DNA of 64,000 bases, from assembly GCA_965248195.1 (NCBI GenBank), contig CBDFIQ010000002.1, forward strand, positions 576,001 to 640,000. Direction: 5' to 3'. The notes beneath the pieces were generated by a model. That model saw nothing but the letters and a program-made list of their open reading frames with translations, searched no databases and was not told the DNA's origin. Source of the stretch: Longimicrobiales bacterium. Its GTDB lineage: Bacteria; Gemmatimonadota; Gemmatimonadetes; Longimicrobiales; Gaopeijiaceae. The translations under genes and the position numbers were made by a program. Every line of letters starts with the position of its first letter. Within the stretch, counting starts at the first letter, position 1. Of this stretch, positions 20,224 through 30,099 are shown piece by piece.

Positions 20224-21099
20224 TTAGTTCGTCTCTTCTCCCGTTTGCGGTTGCGATACCCGTGACAGAAAGGGGTCGATACTCAAGCCCCGGTCGTCGA
20301 GCCCGACTTCATCGGCACTCTCCGGGGCGTATCCCACGGCCCGCTTATAAGCCAGCCAGGCGATCTCGTCGTCGTAACGCACCAGCCGGAGTTGCCTGAG
20401 TTGCCGGATCGCGTCCTCGGTGATGGATATCCAACCTTGATTCGGGTAACGGTCACAGAACTCCTGATCATTCTTCCACTCCTCCGCGAACGCGATCAGC
20501 CCCTCGACCAGGGCGGGAAGCTCGCCCTCGTTCGTGGCCGCAGCCGTTCGCCGCTGGTCGTGGAGCTCCAGGAAACGCTCGATCTTGCCTTCGGTCGAGG
20601 CGTTCGGGCCGCGGGTCGGCCATCGGCCTTGGCGGTACTGCCGAACCGTCTCATGGTTCAGGTCGCAGATCCGCTCAACCTCCAGATCGCTGTATTCGGA
20701 AATTGCGGAGAGGAACCGGCGCCGTAGTGACTCGGGGTCGTGGGGAGCCGCCGGTCGACCTGGGCCGCCCGGCTGTGGTTCCCGGAGAATCCGTCGGATG
20801 GCGGAAAGCTGCCGTTCGTCTTCGTCAGGCGAGCCCCTAGGTCCGCCGGGATCCTCCTCGAAAAAGCTCGCCGGCGACGCCCGAAAGGCGCGGCATACGG
20901 CATCGACGTAAGCGATCGGGACTTTTTTGGTTCGTCCCTCCTCATACCCGCGCACGGCGGCGGGGGACACTTGAAATCCGGCGTCGCTCACCCGCTTGGC
21001 AAAATCATCCCACCCCAGTCTCGATCCAGAACGGAGCTCCCGTAGGATTTTTTGCACTCTCCGTTCTGAAGAATTTGGCCCACCCATGTCCGCCCCCAT
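20224..21099 (-). CDS. XRE-family helix-turn-helix regulator, apparently with two HTH domains
   Basis: N-terminal LRELR..GWDDFAKRV...VSPAAVRGYEEG..VP; second HTH-like segment SDLEVERICDLNHETVRQYRQG. Confidence 0.7.
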   Translation of the reverse strand: MGADMGGPNSSERRVQKILRELRSGSRLGWDDFAKRVSDAGFQVSPAAVRGYEEGRTKKVPIAYVDAVCRAFRASPASFFEEDPGGPRGSPDEDERQLSAIRRILREPQPGGPGRPAAPHDPESLRRRFLSAISEYSDLEVERICDLNHETVRQYRQGRWPTRGPNASTEGKIERFLELHDQRRTAAATNEGELPALVEGLIAFAEEWKNDQEFCDRYPNQGWISITEDAIRQLRQLRLVRYDDEIAWLAYKRAVGYAPESADEVGLDDRGLSIDPFLSRVSQPQTGEETN

Positions 21100-21113
21100 T
21101 TCCCCCGCGACCC

Positions 21114-22022
21114 TCAGGGAGCCCCGGTCAGCTCCTCGCTCAGCCTCCAGAGCTTCGCGCGAGCCTCCTCGTCGTATGACTGGGCATGCGCGCGCCCGGG
21201 CCGCTGGCCCACGAAATATCCGCCGCTCCCGATGTCCGGTGAGTTGACGAGCTGCATCACCGCGTCCGCTCCTTCGTCGACCGTGGTGCTCGGTGTGACG
21301 CCGGCTCTCCGCACCATCGGGGTGTCCATGTAGGTGGCCGGGTGCAGCGTGTTCACGATCACCTCTCTACCCTTGAGCTCTTCTGCTAGATCGAAAGTGA
21401 ACATGACTTGGGCGAGTTTGCTTTGGGCGTACGCCCGCCCACCGCTGAAGTTGTTCTCGAGCATCACGTCGTCGAAGTCGATCGGCGTCTGAGCACCCGA
21501 TGAAACGTTGACGAGGCGCGATGGTGCACTCTCGAGGAGCCGGGGCAGAAGCATGCGGGTGAGCAGGAAGTGCGAGAGGTGGTTCACTTGGAAGAGCAAC
21601 TCGTGGCCGTCCTCCGAAAGAGCCCGCCCGTTGGGGGCCGAGGCGATGCCAGCGTTGTTGATGAGGACGTCGAGTCGGTCGTAGTCGCGGAGAACCGCTT
21701 CACCGAATTCCCGAACTTGCTCGAAGGAGGCGAGGTCCGCACGGTAGAAGCGGGCGCCACCGATGCCCTGGCTCTCGATCGCCTCGACGACTTCCATTGC
21801 CCGCTCACGGTGGCGGCCGTGGACGATGACATGCGTGCCCATCGAGCCGAGCCGCAGCGCGAGCTCACGGCCCAACCCGCTGGTCGAGCCCGTGACGAGG
21901 GCGACCCGCTGACCGGGTCGGGGGGTCGATACCTGCGCGTCGGCCGAGGGGGCGGTTACGGCCGATGCGGACACGAAGGCGGCGACGAGCATTGCGACCA
22001 CCGGGGCGCGGGGGGAAGACAT
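21114..22022 (-). CDS. Short-chain dehydrogenase/reductase with N-terminal signal-like peptide
   Basis: TGSTSGLG, NNAG, VNVSS and YAQSK motifs; N-terminus ends ADAQ. Confidence 0.9.
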   Translation of the reverse strand: MSSPRAPVVAMLVAAFVSASAVTAPSADAQVSTPRPGQRVALVTGSTSGLGRELALRLGSMGTHVIVHGRHRERAMEVVEAIESQGIGGARFYRADLASFEQVREFGEAVLRDYDRLDVLINNAGIASAPNGRALSEDGHELLFQVNHLSHFLLTRMLLPRLLESAPSRLVNVSSGAQTPIDFDDVMLENNFSGGRAYAQSKLAQVMFTFDLAEELKGREVIVNTLHPATYMDTPMVRRAGVTPSTTVDEGADAVMQLVNSPDIGSGGYFVGQRPGRAHAQSYDEEARAKLWRLSEELTGAP

Positions 22023-22275
22023 TCCCTTTGATTAACAACACCACGCTTCGAAAAGCAAGCACACACTCCAGTCGCGCGGGCCGCACAAACCGCGGAGCGC
22101 CTGCGGCAGGTCGCCGTCCTCAACCCATATAGGCGAGCGGGGGGAGGTGGACCGCCCTGGCACAGGAGTCCGGGTTGTCTCACATTCTCCCGCCCCCAAT
22201 TTCGTGCAGCGATGACCTTGTACCATGACCTGAGGTGTTCGATGACCAAGGCGTGGAGGCTGACATCGAGATCCC

Positions 22276-23550
22276 GTGACCGTTGAGCTCAGTACCTTCG
22301 CGAAATCCCTGACCGCCGAGACGGCGTTCACCGTGCTGGCTACGGTCAAGCAGCTGCAAGCCGCAGGGAAGGATGTGGTCGAGCTGGAGATCGGAGACAG
22401 TCCCTTCGACTCCGCCGCTCCGGCCAAGGCCGCCGGTATCGAAGCCATCGAGCAGAACCACTCCCACTACTGCCCGTCACCCGGCCTGTCGGACTTCCGT
22501 GATGCGGCGGCGCGACAGGTCCGTGACGAATTCGGCCTCCCCGCCGAGCGGGAGAACGTGGTGGTAGCCCCGGGTGCCAAGATTTTCGAGCAATTCTTCT
22601 GCGAGGCGTTTCTGAACCCGGGCGATGGGGTGTTGGTCTTCAGTCCCTATTTTCCGACGTATGTGCCGAACATCGTCCGACGGGGCGGTCGGCCTGTGTT
22701 CGCACCCCTCAGTCAGGCGAACGACTTTCGGCCGGACACCACCGATATCGAGCGCTTCCTGGCGGAGGATTCGTCACCGAAGGCGATTTTCCTCAACTCG
22801 CCGCACAACCCGACCGGCGGAGTGGCGACCGAGGAGGACCTCCGGCGCATCGCCGACCTGATTCGAGGCGAGCAGATCGCTGTCTTCAGTGACGAGCCCT
22901 ACTGCCATATGGTGTGGAAAGGGCGGCACCACTCCTTGATGGCTCAGCCTGGCATGCTGGACCAGGGGGTCGCGGCGTACACCTTCAGTAAATCCTACAG
23001 CATGAGCGGGTGGCGGCTCGGGTTTGCGGTATCATCGCCGACCACCGCGGAGTCCATGAGCACGATGGTCAACACGACACTCTCCTGCACTCCGCCGTTC
23101 GTGCAGATCGCCGGCAAGGCCGCCCTGGACATGGACCGCGCCGAGCGAGATGCGGTGATGGACAAGTTCAGCGGGAAGGTGAGTTTGCTGACCGAGGGCC
23201 TCAGCCGTCTCGATGGCTTCCGCACTCTCGAACCACGTGCCACGTTCTACGTTTTTTCGGACGTGTCGAGCGTCTGCAATCGGCTGGGCATCACCAGCCA
23301 CGGCCTGGCGCTCTATCTCCTGGAGGGGGCCGACGACGAGTTCGGCGTGGCGTGTCTGGGCGGAGAGTGTTTCGGAGACGCGGGGGCCGGTTTCATGAGG
23401 TTCAGCTGTGCGGCATCGGACGAGCGGCTGCAAGAGGCGTTGGACTTCATTCCGACGGCGTTGAGCCGAGAGAGCAGGGTCCAGGAGTTTCTCGAGTCCC
23501 GCCCCGATTTACGTCTGCCTGCTCCGTATCCGGCGGAGGGCGAAGGATAG
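22276..23550 (+). CDS. PLP-dependent aminotransferase class I/II
   Basis: LNSPHNPTG, SDEPY and FSKSYSMSGWRLG motifs. Confidence 0.92.
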   Translation: MTVELSTFAKSLTAETAFTVLATVKQLQAAGKDVVELEIGDSPFDSAAPAKAAGIEAIEQNHSHYCPSPGLSDFRDAAARQVRDEFGLPAERENVVVAPGAKIFEQFFCEAFLNPGDGVLVFSPYFPTYVPNIVRRGGRPVFAPLSQANDFRPDTTDIERFLAEDSSPKAIFLNSPHNPTGGVATEEDLRRIADLIRGEQIAVFSDEPYCHMVWKGRHHSLMAQPGMLDQGVAAYTFSKSYSMSGWRLGFAVSSPTTAESMSTMVNTTLSCTPPFVQIAGKAALDMDRAERDAVMDKFSGKVSLLTEGLSRLDGFRTLEPRATFYVFSDVSSVCNRLGITSHGLALYLLEGADDEFGVACLGGECFGDAGAGFMRFSCAASDERLQEALDFIPTALSRESRVQEFLESRPDLRLPAPYPAEGEG

Positions 23551-23715
23551 GTTTGTTTCAGGACGCCTCTGATTGGGGGGCCGCAAACGGTGGGGCTGCC
23601 TGAGGACGGAGAGGCCCCTTCCGGAGGCTCCCCGTCGAGAGGCTACATACCCAGTTCATGGCCGCTTCACTTTCGACCTGGAGTAGATCCATTCACCGGT
23701 CGCGGGATTGTGAGG

Positions 23716-24210
23716 TCAGGGGCGCCCCCGCCCTCCACCGTCGGCGTCGGCCTCGATCCGGGTCGTCGTTACAGGCCCCATTCCCATGATCTGGACCGTC
23801 ACCTCCTCGTCCTTGGCCATGTCGTAGTGATGGCCGTAAGGCGGCTCGTAGATGAAGGTGCCAGCGTCAACCGGCCTCATGTAGTCGGGATCGTAGACAT
23901 CGGCTCGGGCGCCGGTCGACACCCACCACCTGCCCTTGATGACCGTGATATGCCGGGCCTGATCGTGGAAGTGGGGGCGGCTGCCCTGCCCCGGACCGAA
24001 AGTGATCCGGATCACGTAGAGCCCGGGCTCGCTGGGATTGCCGAGAATGACCGTCGATCGACTGCCCTCGGGGGGCTGGAGGTCTTGCGGTGTAGCGATG
24101 AAGAATCCCTCGGCGTCGGGCGTCACGCCCTGGCCCGACGCCGTGTTGGCCCAGAGCAATAGCGTGCTGGACACGCAGCAGGCCCACATAATCCCTCGCG
24201 ACCGTACCAT
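23716..24210 (-). CDS. Exported cupin-domain protein
   Basis: GGAGG RBS before MVRSRG; signal peptide; PHFH...HHYD cupin motifs. Confidence 0.8.
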   Translation of the reverse strand: MVRSRGIMWACCVSSTLLLWANTASGQGVTPDAEGFFIATPQDLQPPEGSRSTVILGNPSEPGLYVIRITFGPGQGSRPHFHDQARHITVIKGRWWVSTGARADVYDPDYMRPVDAGTFIYEPPYGHHYDMAKDEEVTVQIMGMGPVTTTRIEADADGGGRGRP

Positions 24211-24724
24211 GACTTCCTCCTCATTCTCATTTTCGAGTGGCCTGCTATCGTCCCGCAACTGCCATCTTCCGGGCGCAACATAGGAAGCCCGAACGGCGAC
24301 GGCAAACGACGCGGCCGACGACGGCGACGTGCGGGGAGCCGCCCCTAGGCGCGGCGATTGTGCGGACCATCGGCAGGCCCAGCGCAAAGAGCGCGGTCAA
24401 GCCGAGGCATGGATCACGGGATGTCCTCGCGTGCGTGAGTTGATTCCGTTTCCTCGATTAATGAATCGTTTGACGCCCCGACACGCTCGGTGGGAGCGCC
24501 GTCTCACTTCGTTTCGGGGCGGCTTGTCCGCGGTCCCGCCCCCTCCCACCACCCCTGGCCTCCCAGATACCCGCTCGACGGAGTAAGACGGTGATCCAGA
24601 GCCATCATATCGGGCTCTCTGAAGCTGCCCCCTAAGCGGAAGTTCCGGGAAAGGGAGGCGATCCCTCGGGTGGCGGTGCCCTCGTCCCGTCCGGCCATGT
24701 TGATGCCACCGGACTCGCCTCACC

Positions 24725-26026
24725 GTGCGCGATGCGCCCGACGTTTCGCCGTGTACGAGTCAGCCCTCAGTCACACCCACCCCGGCCGCCCACGGCGCCG
24801 AACGGTGGGCCCGTCACGTCTGTGTCATCGACGGCATGTTCTGCGAGGATCCCGAGGGCTCGGTCCAGTTCCACGAGGCCATCCATCTCACGGCCTCCGA
24901 CTGGGAGCAGCTACAGCAGACCGTTCGACACCGCGTGCTCCGTTACTTGCACCGCCACGCCTTGCTCGAACGCCACGTCACCGATGACATGCTCAGCTGG
25001 CAAGCGTCCGGTGGGTTCAGCATCGATGCCTCGGTCCACATCGCGGCCCGTGACCGTGCTGGGCTCGAACGACTCCTGCGCTACTGTGCCCGTCCTCCCT
25101 TCGCACTCGAACGGATCGAGGCTACCGGGTACGGTCTGCCTGGAGGCGAGCGCATCGTCTACCGCGTCCCCAATCCCGCGCCGGGCGGCGGCACCGCTCT
25201 CTCGCTCACCCCCCTCGAGTTCCTCGAGCGGCTCGCTCTGCTCATTCACCCGCCACGCATCCATCGCCACCGCTATCACGGGGTGCTGGCTCCCAATGCA
25301 AAGCTCAGGTATCAGGTCATCGCGTTCGGGCGTGAGCAGGATAATGTAGAGGAGCCGCCTCTAGGGCAGCTCGACGCTCAGTGCGTCGCGGGTTTGTCTG
25401 ACGGAGCCAGCCCAGGCCGCCGTACTTCCTCGAGATGGGCCGCCCTTATCGCTCGCATCTATGATGTCCTCCCGCTCGTGTGCCCCTCGTGCGGCGGATC
25501 CATGAGTATCATCGCCTTCGTCACCGATCCAACGCCCGTCCGCTCCATCCTCATCTGCCTCGATCTTCCCAGTCGGCCTCCTCTCCTGACTCCCGCCCGC
25601 GGCCCACCCCAGACCGAGCTCGGATTGAGCTCCGGTCGCCTTCGGCAATCCTCGCTCGTCTCGGCGGTGGGCGTCGCCTCAGCGGTTAACATTTCGGCGC
25701 CTCGGCTCGATCAGTCTTCCGGATTCGATCCCACTGATCCGCAGCCCCTTCCCGACCACGCTTCGCGCGGTCCCCTCGAGTTCGATCAGTCCGTACCCGA
25801 CTGAGATATAGCCCGACGGACCACGGACCCGCCCTCCCCGACTCGGGGGTCGGGTCCGTTCAGCTTCTCTTGCCCATCCACGCATCCGCTCGTCCGATCT
25901 TGCATGGGCGAACGGTGAGAGTGCACCTCGGGCTGGGCACGGCCTCGCAAGGGTAGGTCCCTGGGTGCCTCGGCTCGCTCAAGGAGCGTGCCGAACTTGG
26001 ACAAGGGCCTTTGAAACGCCTATCCC
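24725..26026 (+). mobile_element. IS91/ISCR-like rolling-circle transposon remnant (5'-truncated transposase to 25804, plus oriIS-like end)
   Basis: HVCVIDG, GFSIDA, LERLLRYCARPP, EFLERL, RYHGVLAPNA, WAALIARIY..PLVCPSCGGSM..IAF, PARGPP motifs; GCCTTTGAAACGCCTATCCC at 26007-26026. Confidence 0.8.
25824..25870 (+). terminator. GC-rich hairpin after the transposase stop
   Basis: cggacccg-ccctcccc..gggggt-cgggtccg followed by a T-rich tract (ttcagcttctctt). Confidence 0.5.
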
Positions 26027-26181
26027 TAGAGCGCGGTCGAGATGGACGCCCTGTTTGATCTCCTCCGAGACAACTGAGGATCTCGACGCAGTGGAGTTGC
26101 GTGGGGATCTCCACCGTGCTTCCTTTCCGAGAAATCGTGCGGTTAGAGGCGTAATCTTGGACCAGGAGTCAGAGGGTCTCG

Positions 26182-26670
26182 ATGCCACGAATTGGGGATC
26201 AAGAGGACCTCGAGCGCGACGCTGCCGCGCTCCAGCGAGCTCTGACAGATCTGATGCGCGTATATCAGTTCCGGGATCGGGACGCGATCTGCTGCTACGA
26301 CATTTCGACGGGCCAATGTCACGGACTGGAACGCTTGGCGAATTCCGGTCCGATGACCCTCAATGAGTTCGCCGCCTCGTTGTACTTGGAGAAGAGCAGC
26401 GCCAGCAGGCTCGCGGATGGCCTCGAACGAAAAGGATACATCACGAGGAAACCCCGCGTGGACGATGCCCGCTACCTACAGCTGAAGCTCACCCAACGCG
26501 GCGAGACGCTGCATGACCGAATCGAGCGAGATCTGATCGAGGAGCGCGCACTGGTTTTAGCCGACCTGACCGCGAAGGAGCGTAAGCTGGTCATCGAGTC
26601 GATCGCTCGTCTCTCTGGTGCCGCGGCGGCCCGAGTATCAACCGAAGCCGGCTGCTGCGTCCGAAACTGA
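26182..26670 (+). CDS. MarR family transcriptional regulator with vicinal Cys pairs
   Basis: LEKSSASRLADGLERKGYI.R...DAR...LT winged HTH; AICC..QCH and C-terminal GCC. Confidence 0.85.
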   Translation: MPRIGDQEDLERDAAALQRALTDLMRVYQFRDRDAICCYDISTGQCHGLERLANSGPMTLNEFAASLYLEKSSASRLADGLERKGYITRKPRVDDARYLQLKLTQRGETLHDRIERDLIEERALVLADLTAKERKLVIESIARLSGAAAARVSTEAGCCVRN

Positions 26671-26674
26671 CCCC

Positions 26675-28681
26675 ATGATCTCCATCTCGAACCTCGCCAA
26701 GACTTACGGCGACCGTACGCTCTTTTCCGGCGCGTCCTTCCAGCTCAACGCGGGCGAGCGCTACGGACTCGTGGGTGCCAACGGCTCCGGTAAGACGACT
26801 TTCCTCGACATCGTGAGCGGTGAGCTGGAGGCCAGTGAGGGTGCCGTGACCATTCCCAAGCGGCTGCGGCTCGGTGTTCTTCGCCAGGATCAGTTCTTAT
26901 ACGAGGACGAGGAGATCCTCGCGGTCGCCATGATGGGCAACGCGGAGCTCTGGGAGGCCATGGCGGAGAAGGAGGCGCTCCTGACGAAGGCAGAGGAATA
27001 CTTCGACGCGAACCGCTTCAGTGAGTTGGAGGCGACCGTGCAGCGCCACGATGGCTACACGGCAGAGGCCCGGGCCACCAAGATCCTGGAGGGGCTCGGT
27101 CTTCCGGGACACATTCATGGGGATCCGCTGTCCACGCTCTCGGGGGGTTTCAAGCTCCGCGTGTTGCTCGCTCAGGTTCTGGCCAGTGCTCCCGATGTCC
27201 TGCTCCTCGACGAGCCGACGAACCACCTCGACATCCTCTCGATCCGGTGGCTGGAGATGTTCTTGCGGGACTTCGCCGGGCCCGTGGTCGTGATCTCCCA
27301 CGATCACCGCTTTCTCGACAACGTCTGCACTCACATTCTCGACATCGACTACGAGTCCGTGCTCGTATATCACGGGGACTACACAACTTTTCTCCAGGCG
27401 AAGCAGGCCGAGCGCGAGCGGCGGGAGAAGGGGATCGCCGCCAGGGAACGCGAGATCGCGCATCACCAGAAGTTTGTGGATCGCTTCCGCGCCAAAGCGA
27501 GCAAAGCACGCCAGGCGCAGAGCAGGGTGCGCATGATCGAGAAGAAAGCGGAGGGGTTGACCGAGCTCGCTCCCAGCTCCCGCCGGTATCCGACGTTCCG
27601 CTTCGAGCAGGTTCGAGACAGCGGACGCGACGTCCTCGAGATTGAAGGGGTGAAGAAGGCGTTTGGCGACAACCAGGTGCTCCATGGTGTGGATCTCCTC
27701 GTGCAGCGCGGCGAACGGCTGGCGATCATGGGGCCGAACGGTATCGGCAAGTCCACCCTCCTCAAGATCATCACGGGCGAGCTCGAGGCCGATCAGGGCG
27801 AGGCCGAGTGGGGATACGAGACCCATCCCGCGTATTTCGCACAGGATCATCGGGATCAGCTCCACCCTCCGCACAATACGGCAGAGGGCTGGGTTTGGGA
27901 TTCCTGTCCGGACAGGGATATCGGCTACGTGCGAGCCCGTATGGCGCTCATGCTTTTTTCCGGGGACGACTCCAAGAAGCGATTGAGCGCGCTTTCAGGC
28001 GGTGAAGCGGCTCGGCTGGTGTTCACCCGCTTGTCGATCGCCCGTCCGAACGTGTTGGTGCTGGATGAGCCCACCAACCACCTGGACCTCGAGTCGATCG
28101 AGGCGCTCGTCGAGGGCCTCAAGGCGTTCCCGGGGACCCTCATCCTGGTGTCCCACGACCGCTGGTTCGTGAGCCGCTTGGCCACCCGTATCGTGGAAAT
28201 CAAGCCGGAAGAAATCCGCGACTATCATGGGACCTACGAGGAGTACGTGCACTTCTGCGGGGACGACCACCTCGACGCTGACCGCGTGATCCTCAAGGCG
28301 AAGACGGAGAAGCGGAAGAAGAAGGGGAAGGGGACCGGGAAGGAGACCGGGAAGGAGACCGGTCTCGGGACCGGGACGCGGACGGGTAGGGCGGCGGATT
28401 CGGAGGTCGAGAGAGGAAACGGGCGGAAGGCGACGCCTGCCGTGGGTATCTCGAAGGCCCGCAAGAAACAGCTCTTGAAACGTCAGGATGAGCTGACGGC
28501 TTCCATTGAAGAAGCGGAGGCTCGCGTGGCCGAGATCGACGAGGTGTTCTGCCAGCCGGCTTATTACGAACGAACGGCGCCGGACGAGGTGAAGGCGTTG
28601 GAGACTGAGCGCACTTCGCTACAGAGCGAGGTCGCCGACCTCATGTCGGAGTGGGAGCGCGCCGAGGAGGAAGTCGGGTAG
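26675..28681 (+). CDS. ABC-F family ATP-binding protein
   Basis: Two NBDs (GANGSGKT / GPNGIGKS, LSGG, LDEPTNHLD, SHD), inter-NBD linker, C-terminal coiled coil, no TM segments. Confidence 0.93.
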   Translation: MISISNLAKTYGDRTLFSGASFQLNAGERYGLVGANGSGKTTFLDIVSGELEASEGAVTIPKRLRLGVLRQDQFLYEDEEILAVAMMGNAELWEAMAEKEALLTKAEEYFDANRFSELEATVQRHDGYTAEARATKILEGLGLPGHIHGDPLSTLSGGFKLRVLLAQVLASAPDVLLLDEPTNHLDILSIRWLEMFLRDFAGPVVVISHDHRFLDNVCTHILDIDYESVLVYHGDYTTFLQAKQAERERREKGIAAREREIAHHQKFVDRFRAKASKARQAQSRVRMIEKKAEGLTELAPSSRRYPTFRFEQVRDSGRDVLEIEGVKKAFGDNQVLHGVDLLVQRGERLAIMGPNGIGKSTLLKIITGELEADQGEAEWGYETHPAYFAQDHRDQLHPPHNTAEGWVWDSCPDRDIGYVRARMALMLFSGDDSKKRLSALSGGEAARLVFTRLSIARPNVLVLDEPTNHLDLESIEALVEGLKAFPGTLILVSHDRWFVSRLATRIVEIKPEEIRDYHGTYEEYVHFCGDDHLDADRVILKAKTEKRKKKGKGTGKETGKETGLGTGTRTGRAADSEVERGNGRKATPAVGISKARKKQLLKRQDELTASIEEAEARVAEIDEVFCQPAYYERTAPDEVKALETERTSLQSEVADLMSEWERAEEEVG

Positions 28682-28733
28682 CGGAGGCCGGTTAGCGGAG
28701 GCCGGGTAGCGCAGGTGGCTTCGAGCGTCCCCA

Positions 28734-29453
28734 TTACTCCCTGGGCTCCCCGGCCCGCGTCCTGGCGATGGTATCCAGCCCGGGATATTGCCGGTCCAGG
28801 AACCCGTTGCCGACGATCATGATCGAGTCCTGGTACATGACTGGCGCCTCGCCGTGGCCGGCAAAAAGGGCGTCCACCACCTCCATACCGCTCACCACCC
28901 TCCCGACCGGAGGGAATCCACCGGAGCAACATGTATCGTAGATGGGGTTGTCCCGCCGATTTATGAACAACTGGGTATTGCGCGAGCCGGGACCGGCCTT
29001 GGCGAACGAAACGGTCCCGCGTGTGTTGTTCGCGACGAGTGGATCGTCCGATATCGTGAGGTCCGCCCATACCGAGTCGAGCGCGGGCTGCCCGCTAAGG
29101 CCGAACTGTACCACCGGGGGAATGATGCGAAAGAATCGAGCTCCCGCGTAGAAGTTGTAGCGGGTGAGGTGGTAGACACGATCGACCCCCAGGGGTGCCC
29201 AATCCCGATAGAACGCCACGACGAAGTCACCGGCACTCGTCTCGAACGTCGCCGTGAACGAATCCGGCGCCTGGACGGCGAGGTCCGCCGCCGAGGGCTC
29301 CCAGATCGCCAGGCGTGCGATTGCAGCGAACTCTTCGGGCGAAAGGGCCTCCAGACGGCTGGTCCCGTCGGAGGTCATCGAGTCGGACAGCCCGTTTCCG
29401 CCACCACATGCCAGTGTGGCAAGGACCAGGAAAGAAAACAGGGGACTACGCAT
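28734..29453 (-). CDS. Cyclophilin-type peptidyl-prolyl isomerase, lipoprotein
   Basis: Lipobox TLAC; FFRII..VVQFG, NTRGTVSFA, RNTQLFIN and GRVVSGMEVVD motifs. Confidence 0.88.
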   Translation of the reverse strand: MRSPLFSFLVLATLACGGGNGLSDSMTSDGTSRLEALSPEEFAAIARLAIWEPSAADLAVQAPDSFTATFETSAGDFVVAFYRDWAPLGVDRVYHLTRYNFYAGARFFRIIPPVVQFGLSGQPALDSVWADLTISDDPLVANNTRGTVSFAKAGPGSRNTQLFINRRDNPIYDTCCSGGFPPVGRVVSGMEVVDALFAGHGEAPVMYQDSIMIVGNGFLDRQYPGLDTIARTRAGEPRE

Positions 29454-29475
29454 TCGGCTCAACTCGAAATTGGAC

Positions 29476-29922
29476 TCAGGTGCCCGGCTTGATCCGGAAT
29501 CCGTCGCCGACTTCTTCGCGGAACTCGCTGTGGCAAGACCGGCAGACCGAGCGTAGATCAGACATCGCTTGAGTCGCCTGCGGTCCGCTCCTCGCTCGGG
29601 CCGCCAGGCGTATGGCGCTTGTTGCCGTGAGGGCCGCGGCACTGAAGTCTACCGCCGGTTGCACTTCCCGTGCGGTCCAAAACGTTTGGATCTGCTCGAA
29701 GAAACGGGTCATCCGGTCGGAGCTATCACTCAACTCGTCCCAGTACGTCGCGTCGATGTTCATTCCGACGTCGCCCAGCGTTTGGTCAATCCGCCTCATC
29801 ACTATCGCGTATCCCTCTTCGTTCAGAATCTCTTGGGGCGTCTGGTTCGACGGCTGAAACGCTCCGAGCACCAGAACGAAGGCGACGGTGACCGTGGCGG
29901 GGAGGATTCGATGAACTTGCAT
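29476..29922 (-). CDS. Class II cytochrome c (cytochrome c'-like)
   Basis: Signal peptide; helical protein with C-terminal CRSCH..FR. Confidence 0.8.
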   Translation of the reverse strand: MQVHRILPATVTVAFVLVLGAFQPSNQTPQEILNEEGYAIVMRRIDQTLGDVGMNIDATYWDELSDSSDRMTRFFEQIQTFWTAREVQPAVDFSAAALTATSAIRLAARARSGPQATQAMSDLRSVCRSCHSEFREEVGDGFRIKPGT

Positions 29923-29997
29923 GTTGATGCCCTTCTGGTGATCGATGAATAGGCCGAATTTCGCGGTGAAACTTGACCGCTTTTACCACCGCACACA

Positions 29998-30047
29998 CCA
30001 CGGATGGTGTGAAACGAACGGACCACGGATGGTGTGAAACGAACGGA
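29998..30047. repeat. Exact 25-bp tandem duplication
   Basis: ccacggatggtgtgaaacgaacgga x2. Confidence 0.95.
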
Positions 30048-30099
30048 ATCATGCGCGGTCGGGCCGGCCTCGGCAATAATGCAGGCCCCCTCGGGGGGG

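Noticed and set aside
18160..21099. Prophage or ICE interpretation of the TPR/XRE cassette
   Set aside because: No integrase, tRNA target, att-like flanking repeats or phage structural genes are visible.
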